Source of the DNA: Macrostomum hystrix | Lineage: Eukaryota > Animalia > Platyhelminthes | DNA: 64,000 nucleotides | Direction: 5' to 3' | Assembly (NCBI GenBank): GCA_950097015.1 | Contig: CATNEN010000039.1 | Coordinates: 5,270,001-5,334,000 of the forward strand | Shown: in pieces, positions 1 to 10,990 of the stretch | How positions within the stretch are numbered: position 1 is the first letter of the stretch | How the letters are laid out: each line of letters starts with the position of its first letter | Translations under genes and position numbers: made by a program | The notes under the pieces: model-generated | The model's database searches: none | The model's input: the letters and a program-made list of their open reading frames with translations, nothing else | Told to the model about the DNA's origin: nothing

Positions 1-302
1 GTTGTCAGGCGATTTCGTTTTCCGATCGGACAGAAAGAATCACTTAACTAGATTGCCAACGCATCGTGTTGAGATGAAGTGTATAGCTCATTGCATTTAC
101 TGGTTGTTCAGGCAATGTGCTAATTTCATTAGCTCCAATGATGGTTGAAATCACGCTGGTTAGAAAAACCTGGGAAAACTTTTCCAAAAAGTCCAAACCA
201 TCCCTTTCGTGATTCATGGGAATCGCAAATGTAGCTACATAAGTAGCTCACAAACGGTTGGCTCAAAAAACTACCGCGACAGTGACCACTGGGTCTAGCG
301 CA

Positions 303-2162
303 ATGGAAGTGAAAGGAAGAGCCAGGAAAGAAGAGCTCATTGTCATGGAGGATGCCAATAGCTTTGAATTTGAACAGCTGCAGCAGACTCGCATCGAGCT
401 GCTAAATACAGGAAAGTTTCAAGAGTTTTCTGACGCGCTTAAGGAGAACACAGAACTGCTCCGACACTCCAACTGCCCATTCTGCGACGGCCCCTTTAAA
501 AAGGAGAAGTCACACGACCAGCCACGGATGTCACCCTTCTGCCTCGTCCTGATCGCGAGAGACGACGAGCTGGCAACACGAGTCATCGAGTTGGTCGACA
601 GCCGCGGTCTGTGGGACTGTGCTCGCTGCGCCCTGTTCCTCCTGGTGGACTTCTGCAGCTCGAGCCTGTCGAGTCCGTCTGACGAGGCGCAGCTGGCTCG
701 ATTCTTCTTCAAACTGTCGCGCCGTCACCCGGACTCGTGCCTTCGACTGTTGAACGAGGAGCTGACGGACGAACAGCTGACACCGCTGGAGTACGCGGCT
801 GCCAGAGAGTGTTTCCACCTGGCAGCGGCATTCGCCAACGCACCTGGATACCTGATGAGAGAGCGACCGCACCCGACCGATCCGAGTCTGTTGGTTGAGG
901 AGGTCGACCTGACTCGCTACTCGAGCAGCAGCGGAGACAGGTTTCTCAAGTCTCCATTCGTGAGGTTCGTCACCTGTGCGCAGCAGTTTATCGGCGACAA
1001 TATTTCCTCTGGCCATCTTTGCTTCTTCAACAGTTCGGTTGCGCAGGCCTACTTCCGCAGCATCGAGTACCTGACGCCCTATCGCCGTGCCACATTGGCG
1101 TCCCTGATTTTCAATGTATTTATGTTTATCAGCCTGCTGGGTACAATGAATGTGCGGATTTTTACAATGAACACGTTTAATTCTAGCGTTCAAGTAAAAA
1201 TTCCCTACCTGATAAACTACAGCTTATCCTACTTGGATATTGTTTCACCGGGTTTTGTAGAGGCATCGCGCTACGTTTTCTATTTCAGACTGCTTGTTCA
1301 GGCAGTTTCCATCACCTCCGGCATATTTTGGATTGCAGCGTCGATAATTAATCACTACTCAATGCCCACTTTGATGCGGCAGCGTTGGCAGGGACTGCTC
1401 TGGATCAATGGTTGCTTGACTTTGCGAGGCCATATCTTCGAGGGTGTCATGATTGGGTACCTTGGGATTCAGATAGCTACAGTTGTGCTGGAGGAGCTGT
1501 TTTTTATGGATCCTAACAGCTACTTTGAGACTCGCGGCCAGTGGTTCGTCGACTCCATCAGGCTGCAGTTCCTGTTCATACTTAACTCCGATTTTATGCT
1601 GGTGATGATGATGCTGTTCGCTTGCAAAATGGCCGGCCACTCAAGAACGGTATTCGATGTGATGCACTGTCTGAATGCCTCAATCAAACTGGTTTGCCTC
1701 CTCTGCTTTCCGCTGATCCTGGTGGGTTTCACCATGTTGCTGAGCCAGCCGTATGTAGCGTGCAGAAGCGTCTCCTGGATTTGCGTGTTCGATTTCATCG
1801 GCAGGACTTTTCGGTACACATTTAGCCTGGGCGATTACGATGGCATCAATGACTACCTGGTGCTCTGGCCCCAAGCCATTGTGTACCTGTGCGTCGCGGT
1901 GTTTATGCTCAACTTTGGCGTCGCTCTACTTACTCAACAAGTAGCAGTGCTGCAGGAGAATGCTCAGTACCGCCAAACTATATTTGTGGCCTATCATTCG
2001 CATCTGTTCGCAGCGCCACGGTGGAGCCCGCTGCGTTTGTTGCACCGGAAATTCGTCAGCCGGCTGGTATTGACCAGGCCGAGAATGAGGATGAAATCAG
2101 CTGGAATGGCCATCGCACACTGCTGCATCGGTCTGCTCCCCGATGGCACGGGACACAATTAG
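303..2162 (+). CDS. Intronless divergent TRP (TRPV-like) cation channel, paralog 1
   Basis: The single ORF has its first in-frame ATG at 303. The soluble N-terminus has an ankyrin-like LTPLEYAAARECFHL motif, followed by about 6 hydrophobic segments. Pore-like FRYTFSLGDYD and S6-like VFMLNFGVALLTQQV resemble TRPV FKFTIGMGD and LLLNMLIALMGET. Confidence 0.65.
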   Translation: MEVKGRARKEELIVMEDANSFEFEQLQQTRIELLNTGKFQEFSDALKENTELLRHSNCPFCDGPFKKEKSHDQPRMSPFCLVLIARDDELATRVIELVDSRGLWDCARCALFLLVDFCSSSLSSPSDEAQLARFFFKLSRRHPDSCLRLLNEELTDEQLTPLEYAAARECFHLAAAFANAPGYLMRERPHPTDPSLLVEEVDLTRYSSSSGDRFLKSPFVRFVTCAQQFIGDNISSGHLCFFNSSVAQAYFRSIEYLTPYRRATLASLIFNVFMFISLLGTMNVRIFTMNTFNSSVQVKIPYLINYSLSYLDIVSPGFVEASRYVFYFRLLVQAVSITSGIFWIAASIINHYSMPTLMRQRWQGLLWINGCLTLRGHIFEGVMIGYLGIQIATVVLEELFFMDPNSYFETRGQWFVDSIRLQFLFILNSDFMLVMMMLFACKMAGHSRTVFDVMHCLNASIKLVCLLCFPLILVGFTMLLSQPYVACRSVSWICVFDFIGRTFRYTFSLGDYDGINDYLVLWPQAIVYLCVAVFMLNFGVALLTQQVAVLQENAQYRQTIFVAYHSHLFAAPRWSPLRLLHRKFVSRLVLTRPRMRMKSAGMAIAHCCIGLLPDGTGHN

Positions 2163-3090
2163 ACTTTGGGTCGTTTCCGCTAACTATAAGCTCGGAAAAT
2201 AGAGTTACTTCGTAGTTGAACTCGTAAATGATCCAGACCACGTTATTTGAACGTCGCTTAGCTCGTATGATGGCTTTGTCCTGCATCGAAAAGAAAAATC
2301 AGACCGGCATAACAAAATAGCTCGTATATCAAGTGTTGTTTCATGCTCTTAGTGACCCCGAAAAGGGCCATTTTACTGAGAAAGAAATGTTTTCCCTATA
2401 CGCTACTGTGAGTAGGCTGATATGTGCTCATTATTCCTGTGTCTGTTTGGCTCGTTGCTTGTCATATCGGCCGTAGGGTTTTTTAAGGATTTACAAAAAT
2501 AAAAAGGACAAATGCGCGCGATCTCGCGCCACGATTTCTGCCTGGTTCAAGCGAACCCACAAATATATTGTCTTAAGCGAAACAATATCACACCAAGGTT
2601 TTAAAGACTATTTTTTTGTATTTCTACGAGTAGTCTCTGCTTCCGGCACAGAATAAGGCCAAAAAGAATAAGTTTTTTACTGTTTATTTCATTAGCCTTT
2701 TTGATTCACGGTTTTTTTCGCAAAATTTACATTTCAAGTACGAAACAATGTACTAGCCGATCTTTCGGGACATGCAATGATCTCTATGGGTGATTTGCAA
2801 AACCAATCAACTAATGACATTGGCCCGGCGCTTGGCAAAGCTTGTCAAAAATGACAGCCCTATTTCCTGAAAGCAGCGTTCACTTCAGGAAATAATAGTG
2901 TTTTTGGTACACGCAATCAAAGCTTTCAAAGAAATTACATATATACAAGTCAGAGCAAATACAATAGGGATAATTAGATTTGCTTTCGAGTAAAAGGCCA
3001 GAGAGAAAAGCAATAAGAGCTGGTGATTTCGGACTCCAGCCGGTGCTGACTGACGAAAACAACCATTTACAAGCCTCTGAGTCTGGCGGC

Positions 3091-4974
3091 ATGAAGATGG
3101 GCTGGCGGATTGAGAACCTGGAAGATGGCAGCGAGAATGCCCCAACACAACAGACAACAAGAGACGAAGAAGATACGATGCGGTTGCTTTACACTGAGAA
3201 GTACAAAGAGTTCTGTGAAGCACTTAAACGACGTCCTGAGATCCTCAAACACGTCAACTGTCACTTCTGCCATAGCAACAATCATGACAGCAGAATGAGC
3301 GACCATCAGCCACGGATGTCCCCCTTCTGCCTCGTCCTGATCGCGAGAGATGACGAGCTGGCAACACGAGTCATCGAGTTGGTCGACAGCCGCGGTCTGT
3401 GGGACTGTGCTCGCTGCGCCCTGTTCCTCCTGGTGGACTTCTGCAGCTCGAGCCTGTCGAGTCCGTCTGACGAGGCGCAGCTGGCTCGATTCTTCTTCAA
3501 ACTGTCGCGCCGTCACCCGGACTCGTGCCTTCGACTGTTGAACGAGGAGCTGACGGACGAACAGCTGACACCGCTGGAGTACGCGGCTGCCAGAGAGTGT
3601 TTCCACCTGGCAGCGGCATTCGCCAACGCACCTGGATACCTGATGAGAGAGCGACCGCACCCGACCGATCCGAGTCTGTTGGTTGAGGAGGTCGACCTGA
3701 CAGTATACTCACACCTATTGGGCAGCAGCCGATTTAGCAAGTCGCCTTTCATCCAACTATTAAAGTTCGCACAGCCCTTGCTTGGAGATGAGCTGCCGTC
3801 AGGATTTCTCTGCTTTTTCAATAGCCCCGCAGTTAGTGCATATTTTAGCTGCACTCTAAGCTTGATGCCCTCCGAAAGAGGCGCCCTTGCTTCACTCCTG
3901 TTCTACATATTCCTGCTATTCAGCGTGCTTTCAACTGTCACAATCCGCATCTTCACACGGGACACGTTCTGCACAAGCCACCAGGTGCTGATGTCCGGGC
4001 AGTCAAACAGCAGTCTGTCCTACCTGAGCCTGATTCCACCAAGCTCTCTAGCTGCGTTTCGGTATGTGTACTACGCCCGGCTTGTCATTCAGTGCGTCAA
4101 TGCGCTAGCCTGGTGTGTCTGGATTGGTGTAACTCTCTCCAACAATTTCTGCATGCCGAAGTCCCTGCGAGTTCGACGATACGTCCAGCGGATCTTTCTG
4201 GGCGCCTTCACTCTGAAGGAATATGTTCTAGAGGGAGTCGTTAGCGCCTTTATTATGAGCCAGGCGGCAGTGTTTGGATTTGAGATGCTGTTTTTCTATG
4301 ACCAAAATGGCTATTACCAGGTTGACAATATTTGGTACGTGAATATGTCTTGGCTGACGGTCTTCTTCATAATAAACACGTCCTTTATGGTGATCGTGAT
4401 GCTGATGTTAGTGTGCAAAGATGCTTGCTACAACAAGACCATATTCTACGTTCTGTACTGCATGAATGCGTCAAGCAAGCTGGTGTACCTGATAGTCATG
4501 CCGCTTCTTCTTGTTGGTCTAACAATGCTGCTCAGCCAGCCCTATCTACAGTGCCAGTACAATACCTGGTCTTGTGCAGTTGAGTACGTTGGTCGTACCT
4601 TTCGCTATGTATTCAGTCTTAGCCAGCTACCTGGCTACAGTGACTACCTGGTATTGTGGCCGCAGGCTCTAGTCTACTTGACCATTTCTGTGTTTCTGCT
4701 CAACTTTGGTATCGCCCTGCTCACTCAGCAGATAACCCTGCTGCAGCAGCATGTGGAATTTCGGCAGGCAATCCTGGCGAACTACTTCGCTGTGCAGCTG
4801 GCATTCGCTCAGTGGCGCCTGAGACGGATTCTAGGCCTGGAGCCTTCAAAGTCAGGTGCGAAACAATACCTGGTTAGCAAGGTGCGCGCTAAAATCTCAC
4901 GGGTAACTGAACCAACGTTCGAGCACTGCTGCTGCTTGGCTGTGCGGCGACCTTTGAACTGCTCAACTGTGTGA
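3091..4974 (+). CDS. Intronless divergent TRP (TRPV-like) cation channel, paralog 2
   Basis: The first in-frame ATG is at 3091. The protein is collinear with paralog 1, with the same TM layout, pore region FRYVFSLSQLP and S6 VFLLNFGIALLTQQI. Confidence 0.65.
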   Translation: MKMGWRIENLEDGSENAPTQQTTRDEEDTMRLLYTEKYKEFCEALKRRPEILKHVNCHFCHSNNHDSRMSDHQPRMSPFCLVLIARDDELATRVIELVDSRGLWDCARCALFLLVDFCSSSLSSPSDEAQLARFFFKLSRRHPDSCLRLLNEELTDEQLTPLEYAAARECFHLAAAFANAPGYLMRERPHPTDPSLLVEEVDLTVYSHLLGSSRFSKSPFIQLLKFAQPLLGDELPSGFLCFFNSPAVSAYFSCTLSLMPSERGALASLLFYIFLLFSVLSTVTIRIFTRDTFCTSHQVLMSGQSNSSLSYLSLIPPSSLAAFRYVYYARLVIQCVNALAWCVWIGVTLSNNFCMPKSLRVRRYVQRIFLGAFTLKEYVLEGVVSAFIMSQAAVFGFEMLFFYDQNGYYQVDNIWYVNMSWLTVFFIINTSFMVIVMLMLVCKDACYNKTIFYVLYCMNASSKLVYLIVMPLLLVGLTMLLSQPYLQCQYNTWSCAVEYVGRTFRYVFSLSQLPGYSDYLVLWPQALVYLTISVFLLNFGIALLTQQITLLQQHVEFRQAILANYFAVQLAFAQWRLRRILGLEPSKSGAKQYLVSKVRAKISRVTEPTFEHCCCLAVRRPLNCSTV

Positions 4975-5786
4975 TTCGTGTCACAACCTTCGTAACGCAA
5001 AATATCGAGTGCGCTGCAATGTGACTTCACAGCCATTGTTGACCAAGGCGAACTTCAATTGTTTTCGCCACGAATTTTGTGCTCAAATTTTTGTAATGAC
5101 CTACTAGAGGCTATAAGCTACTCAATTAGTGCGAGTCGATCCAATGTCTCATAGTGATGTTCGAGAAATGTACTAATGAAACAACAAATGTCTTTGTTTT
5201 GGCAACTAAGACCAAATATGCGGGTCTGAGTGGCAGAGCGTTTAACGCGAATGTTATTGCTAAGTAGCATACTTAATTAGAAAGTAAACTCAAAGAAATA
5301 AGTTTGCATGATGATACGAAAAGCGAGCCAAAGTGCGACTGTAACGCTAAAAAAATCTGTTTCTTTTTTTCGAAGCGAAAGAGATGATTGAAGCGCGCAA
5401 ATTGTTTGCTTTAAATTTTGTCAAGAAACTATGGAAACTGAGGCTAAACAGTACAGACACAAGTCAAAGGCCGAAAGGCCCATTGTCGCACAGTTGCAAA
5501 AAGTTTTTCTCGGAGTGTGACGACAACAATAGGTGAGAAAGATATTTTTTGTAAGCGCCCTGAAATTATTTTTTAAGCAACTACGCTCGTAGAGTAATAG
5601 TTGAAAATATTTTTTCTAGCTTCACAAAAAGCTGCACTTTTTTATGAAGACAACAAGGAAAAAACTTCATAGCCGAATTGGCAATGGCTGGCACTGGGGT
5701 GAAGGTGCACACATCCTAGAGAACTGTCTGTGTGAAACCCAGATCCTGTCGGATCACTCCGTTTCTTCGCAGGCAGCTCAGCAGCT

Positions 5787-7303
5787 TCAGGCGCAGTCTG
5801 GATGTGTCGCTGGTCCGAGTAGAACAATGCTGACCCACCCGGCGCCGATCTCGCCAGCGACACTAAAAATCGCACGGAACGAAACTGTGGAATTCGCGTA
5901 GCTTCCGCCGCCGCCGCCTCCGTACTGGCCGGAGCCGCTTACTGCGCCGCCGGAGTAACCGCCTCCGCCGCCGCCACCGCCGCCTAGGATGCCCGATCTT
6001 TGGCCGCCCCCGCCGCCGCCACCGAAGCCGCCATCGCCGCCGAGGCCGATACCGACGCCACCGAGCCAGCCGCCGCCGCTACTCGAGCCGGCCCCGCCGG
6101 CCAGGCCGCTCGAGTTGGACCAGCCGGCGCCGTGCCAGCCAGCTCCACCGCCGCCAGCGCCGCCGCAGCAGGTCTGAAGTGAAGCGAAGGGTCTGTAATC
6201 CTTCTAAGCTAACCTGGTTGCACCACTGATTTTATCCCAAAGTTTTTGTAACTCGCCTGCACTGGGGCGCCTCCTCCACTTCCGTTGGCCCCGACGGGGC
6301 CATTGTAGGCGGGCCCAGGAGCTCCGCATACGGCGCCGCCGACGCTGGTTAATGTTGCGTTGCCACCCGACATCAAAGGAGAGGCGCCGCCGCCACCGCC
6401 AGCAGCCAGAAGCAGCTGCCAGCCGCAGGTGTTATCATCGCTGCCGAGCCACACAAAGCTGCCGCCGCCGCCGCCGGCACCACCGCCGAGGGATCCGGCT
6501 GCCTGGGCGCTGGCGTTGCCACCGGCCTGGCCAACCAGGACTGTCAGCCTGGAGCCATCCAGAATGAATGCGGCGCTCGCGTTGGCGCCGGCGCCGCCGG
6601 GAATGAGGCTGCCGGCAGCCGAGTTGATGTACCAGCCGCCGCTGGCGCCCAAGGCTGTGATGCGGTAGCAGGAGTTGTTCACTGGTGGCCAGTAGTATTG
6701 CAGGCTGCCGCCCTTGCCCACAGTGTGCAGAGCTGCAGATTCGATGAATTAGTAGCCATAAGAAAATTATTTAAACAGTTTTAGACTGTTTAAATAATGA
6801 GCACTGTACTCACCGATTAGAGTTCCCCCAAGAGTTAAGAAGTGGGTTGTTGCAGTCGATACCGGTGCAGTCGATACCGGTGCAGTCAATACTGTTTCCC
6901 CTTCGCTCCACCAACAGCTGGAGTCAGTTCGTTTCGGGACAAAAAATCCGCGCACCACCTGACAAAGAGTGGCCTCTTGAATTATTGCTGAATCGAAGGC
7001 GGCTCGCTGGCAGCTAGAACTGATTCGGCACTCGAAGCTGTCAAGCGGTTGGCTGCCGGTGTTAACTAGCTGCGCCACAGCGCAGGCCGCATTTCTGGCG
7101 CAGTGGAGGGCGCACTGCCGCCAGTCGAGGACGCCACGCAGGCGGGCTACAGCCGACGGCGAGGTGGTGTTCAAGCAGGGCGCGGTGTGAATGTCGATCA
7201 GGCGAAACCTGATGCCGATTTGGCAGGCGATGTCAGCAGCTGCGACTAAGACCAGGACGCTGATGACATGGCAGCGGAGCAGGTGCCAGAGGGCGCTGGT
7301 CAT
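5787..7303 (-). CDS. Secreted PAN/Apple-like + ALK/LTK-type glycine-rich domain protein (3 exons)
   Basis: Exons 7303-6814, 6732-6257 and 6173-5787 join in frame (intron 1 GT-AG, intron 2 GC-AG). It has a signal peptide, a CALHC...CAVAQL...C PAN-like cysteine pattern, and GRD hallmarks YRITALGASGG, LTVLVGQAGG, GGGGGGSFV, LLLAAGGGGG, GGFGGGG and GGGGGGGYSGG. No TM or kinase domain precedes the TGA. Confidence 0.75.
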
Positions 7304-7775
7304 GGCAGTTCAGTTTGGCGGTGGTTTCAGTCAGTCACCTCCTGATGAAAGACTGAAGCCGTGCTTATTTTGAGTGCTCGTAATTTCAATCCCTGACCAA
7401 TCAGTTTGCTTGACTTAGCCAGTCACTCTCTATTGCTGAGGGTCTTTCAATACGAGTAGGCTATTTTTATGAACGTGATGTGTCTCAAATACGGGATAGT
7501 TGGGCCTGCGGAACGGGGAAGCACTCAATAAATTGTGATTTGTGAGAAAGTTTAAAAAAAATTATTTTGTAATTATTCTAAACACTTATTGTAGGCTGTG
7601 TTGACAAGCATTCTAGTTAATGTATTGCATATTCGTGGATAACTGCTCCAGTTTTCAAGACATCGGTCTCTTAAGGGGGCAACTCCAGCTTTTGTTTTGC
7701 AGTGTCGATTTTCAGTCGAAACCTCACAGTAAATCTGCAACTTTAACCTTGGTAATTTTCTCTTAGCTGTAGAAT

Positions 7776-8400
7776 CAGGGGTCGGCAATCTCCGGCCCGC
7801 GGGCCAGATGCGGCCCTCGAAGCTCCCAAATCCAGCCTGTTGCCCCTTCCAACACATATAGTACCCTGTCTCATCTTTCTCTCAATTGGAGATCGAGATT
7901 CTCATCTCTCCCGTGTCGCATCTCTCCTGTGCCTCATCTCCTCTGTCTTATCTCTCCGGCCAGTCTTATCTATCATGTGTCTCATCTCTCCCCTGTCTCA
8001 TCTCCCCTGTCTTATCTATCATTTGTCTCATCTCTCCCGTGTCTCATCTCTCCCCTGTCTCATCTCCCCTGTCTTATCTATCATGTGTCTTATCTCTCCC
8101 GTGTCTCATCTCTCCTGTGCCTCATCTTCCCTGTCTCATCTCTCCCGTGTCTCATCTCTCCCCTGTCTCATCTCTCCCGTGTCTCATCTCTCCTGTCTTA
8201 TCTATGATGTGTCTCATCTCTCCTCTCTTATCTCTCCACTGTCTTATCTATCATGTGTCTCATCTCTCCCCTGTCTTATCTCTCCCCTGTCTTATCTATC
8301 ATGTGTCTCATCTCTCCCCTTTCTCATAAGTCACTGCGGCCCGCTGTCGTCTTTTAGGTTCTCTCCGTGGCCTGCACGCTAATAAGTTTGCCAACCCCTG
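7776..8400. mobile_element. hAT (Charlie-like) non-autonomous MITE with internal CT-rich minisatellite
   Basis: The termini CAGGGGTCGGCAA and TTGCCAACCCCTG are inverted repeats, with subterminal GCGGCCC motifs at both ends. The flanks (tgtagaat / cgtgtaga) form only an imperfect TSD. Confidence 0.65.
7860..8325. repeat. Degenerate CT-rich minisatellite (tgtctcatctctccc variants)
   Basis: Direct reading of tandem variants of ~14-17 bp. Confidence 0.85.
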
Positions 8401-9752
8401 CGTGTAGAAAGACCTTTCATTTCAAATACCCACGTTTCTCTTTTTTCTGAATTTCCTTAAGTCCTATTTTACTAATGGCAATGAAAATCCAATGTGTTTA
8501 AAATTTTAACAATGGGTTAACCCATTAAAACAACTTCCAGAATCACAAAACATCAGCGTCGTTGAGATAGTTAACAATTCTCAGCGGGTTGTCTGATAAA
8601 TTCAATTTCAAACAAATTTTCCCTGCCGAGATCCGAGCTCAGATTAAACTAATCCTACTAAAGTTTTCTAGACCACATGATTGAGTTAGGATTTTCTTTA
8701 TTTTTGTTTAGCTTTTCCTAGTTAAACCCTTCTGAGGTTTTTTTATCTTCGTCGCATAAGCAAATAACTTTTGGAGACCATCCTCCAACTGCGATTTGAT
8801 TGGCCTGTGCCCGCATCAACCTCAATTTCCTACCCTCCACAGCACCCACCCATCTTATCGAATCGCACACCTCACTCCTCACACTCATGCGGCCAATGAA
8901 AATTGATAAATATGCGGCTGCAAGCCTCTCGTTTTGCTGCCTGCAAACTGAGTTAAATTTGGCTTTTCTTTTGTCTTTAAGCTAAGAGATATCGATAGTC
9001 TGCTGGATCAATCAGCAAAATCAAAGAAGTTAGCAAGTACAGGCTGCAGCGTTGGAGCGTGATAAATAAAGAGTAAGAACTCTAACTCCATTATGAATTT
9101 GCAGTTTCGCTGTGCTCTGACCTCTGATTCACAATTGATCAGCGTCGCCGGCAATCAGTGCTGAGCCAGCTGGCATTGTTTCCGGCCGATCGCTAAGCTA
9201 AGAGACAAGCTCACTTGTCCGGCAGAAAAAAACAAAACGGTCCATTATCTGCGTCACGCTCCTCCTCTTGTCGCGATTGTTCTCCAAAACATTTGTGAAA
9301 CAAAGCGCGGAACAGGCATGCAAAACTATGGCCAAAAAACAAGCTTGTAGTACTCGTACCAAGCTGCCGTGCTGGACTTTTTAAACAGTTTAGAGTGAAG
9401 AGAACAACCAGGATTAACTGATTAGACTCGAAGCTGTCTACCATTTTTTAATTTCTGTACTGAATTTTTACTGAAATTTCACCCGTTTTAGCTAAATAAA
9501 AATTGACACTAAAATGTCCAGTACTCTACTAACAGCGTCCGTTTGCTAATCGACTCCAAGTTATAAACTGCTAAGTAGTGCACTCTATATAAATTGTCTA
9601 TGGGTTGCTGACCAAGTTTGTTTGCCTCAAGTGTTTCGAAGCCGTGAAAGCTTGAGATTTTTTATAACTACAATAGATACTATTTTCCAGGGGCACCAAT
9701 CTAGAAAAAAGCATCTTAAAGCAACCCAGATCTGCTGGCAGACGCAGCAGCA

Positions 9753-10315
9753 ATGTCGCAGTTGCAGAAAAACGACTCAGATGAGCCGCTACTGGAGTGC
9801 ATGTCGGAATTCGAGCTCGCCGAATTGAAGCAGAGCTTTGCACTCTTTGACAGCACCGGGGAGCTGCTGATCCCGGGCAGCCAGGTGGTGCGAGCCATCG
9901 GCATGCTCACCTGCAGTCCCAAGGAGCATGAGCTGGCCGAAGCTATGAAAATCTGGGGCATCGAACACTCGGACTTGGTCGGCTTCCAGGCCTACGTGGA
10001 GCTGGTCAACTGCCTGATGCCATTCGATGAAAGGATTCGCCTGGTGCAGTGCCTGCAGGTGCGTGCTGCATCTGGGAGGAAATACGGGGACACAGGGGAA
10101 GGGAGACAGCACTGTAAGCTAAGTTGACTAACTGCACTACACAGGTTATGTCCCTGGACCCCAACTTCATCAGCAAGGACCTGCTAAAGCGCTGCCTGCT
10201 CTCGTTCGGCTCAGCCATGCCAGCGGATGAGATCGACATAATGCTGGCCGGAGTGCGCGCCGACAGCGATGGCAACATCAGCATTGAGGAGCTGGCTGAC
10301 TTTCTGATTTCCTGA
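9753..10315 (+). CDS. Calmodulin/myosin light chain-like EF-hand protein (2 exons, ~158 aa)
   Basis: join(9753-10058,10145-10315) with a GT-AG intron. Motifs include ELKQSFALFD, EIDIMLAGV and DSDGNISIEEL. The EF loops are degenerate. Confidence 0.8.
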
Positions 10316-10917
10316 TTGACTGGGATCGATTAGTTGTGATTGCCGTGACGCAGCGAGCTTGTCTTTTGAGAAATATATATAAAAAGTTATAGCCTTAATT
10401 GAACGAATGAGCGAGATTTTCTCGCGCACAAATTTATAATCTCACAGCTTTGCCCAATACCTAAAATACTTGTTTCAAATATCAAAAATGCCTATCATTT
10501 TAATACACGATTTGTTCTACTATAAGTAGCTGAATCGTGTATTAGCGTTACACTTAGATCAATGATATTAAATTTGTGAAATTTAAATACGATTATGATA
10601 TAAAATAAAGATATTGTTATTAAACCCTAAAAACGTATAAATTAGAGTTGCCTTAAATTATCACACGCACAATCCCATTTTTCATACGGATAACTTCGGT
10701 AAAAAACGGTGGCGTCTAAATGTGACACTGCAGCATGTACACGCTGCAAGTTATAAGATATTGTCTAAATCGAAAATCACCAGACTCAGAGGACCACTAA
10801 ATGGACATCGGACACAGCAAAGGCTACAATAGTCGAACTTCCCGCTGCTTTTATAGTCATTGATTTTCGTGCACAATAGATAGCGATAAAGTGCTTAAGT
10901 GCTCGATCCATAGAGTA

Positions 10918-10990
10918 GGTCCTGTGGTGTAGTGGTTATCACGTCTGCTTTACACGCAGAAGGTCCTCAGTTCGAACCTGGGTAGGACCA
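10918..10990 (+). tRNA. tRNA-Val (anticodon TAC)
   Basis: 73-nt cloverleaf with GGTCCTG/TAGGACC acceptor stem, anticodon arm TCTGC-TTTACAC-GCAGA, T-loop GTTCGAAC and a downstream T-run terminator. Confidence 0.95.

Noticed and set aside
258-302. TTG/GTG starts used by the ORF track (258, 2980 and others)
   Set aside because: In a eukaryotic context the first in-frame ATG or a splice acceptor is more plausible.
531-1193. Antisense ORFs over GC-rich exons (e.g. 531-1193, 3067-3660, 58185-58829)
   Set aside because: These are shadow ORFs of codon-biased genes with no recognisable motifs.
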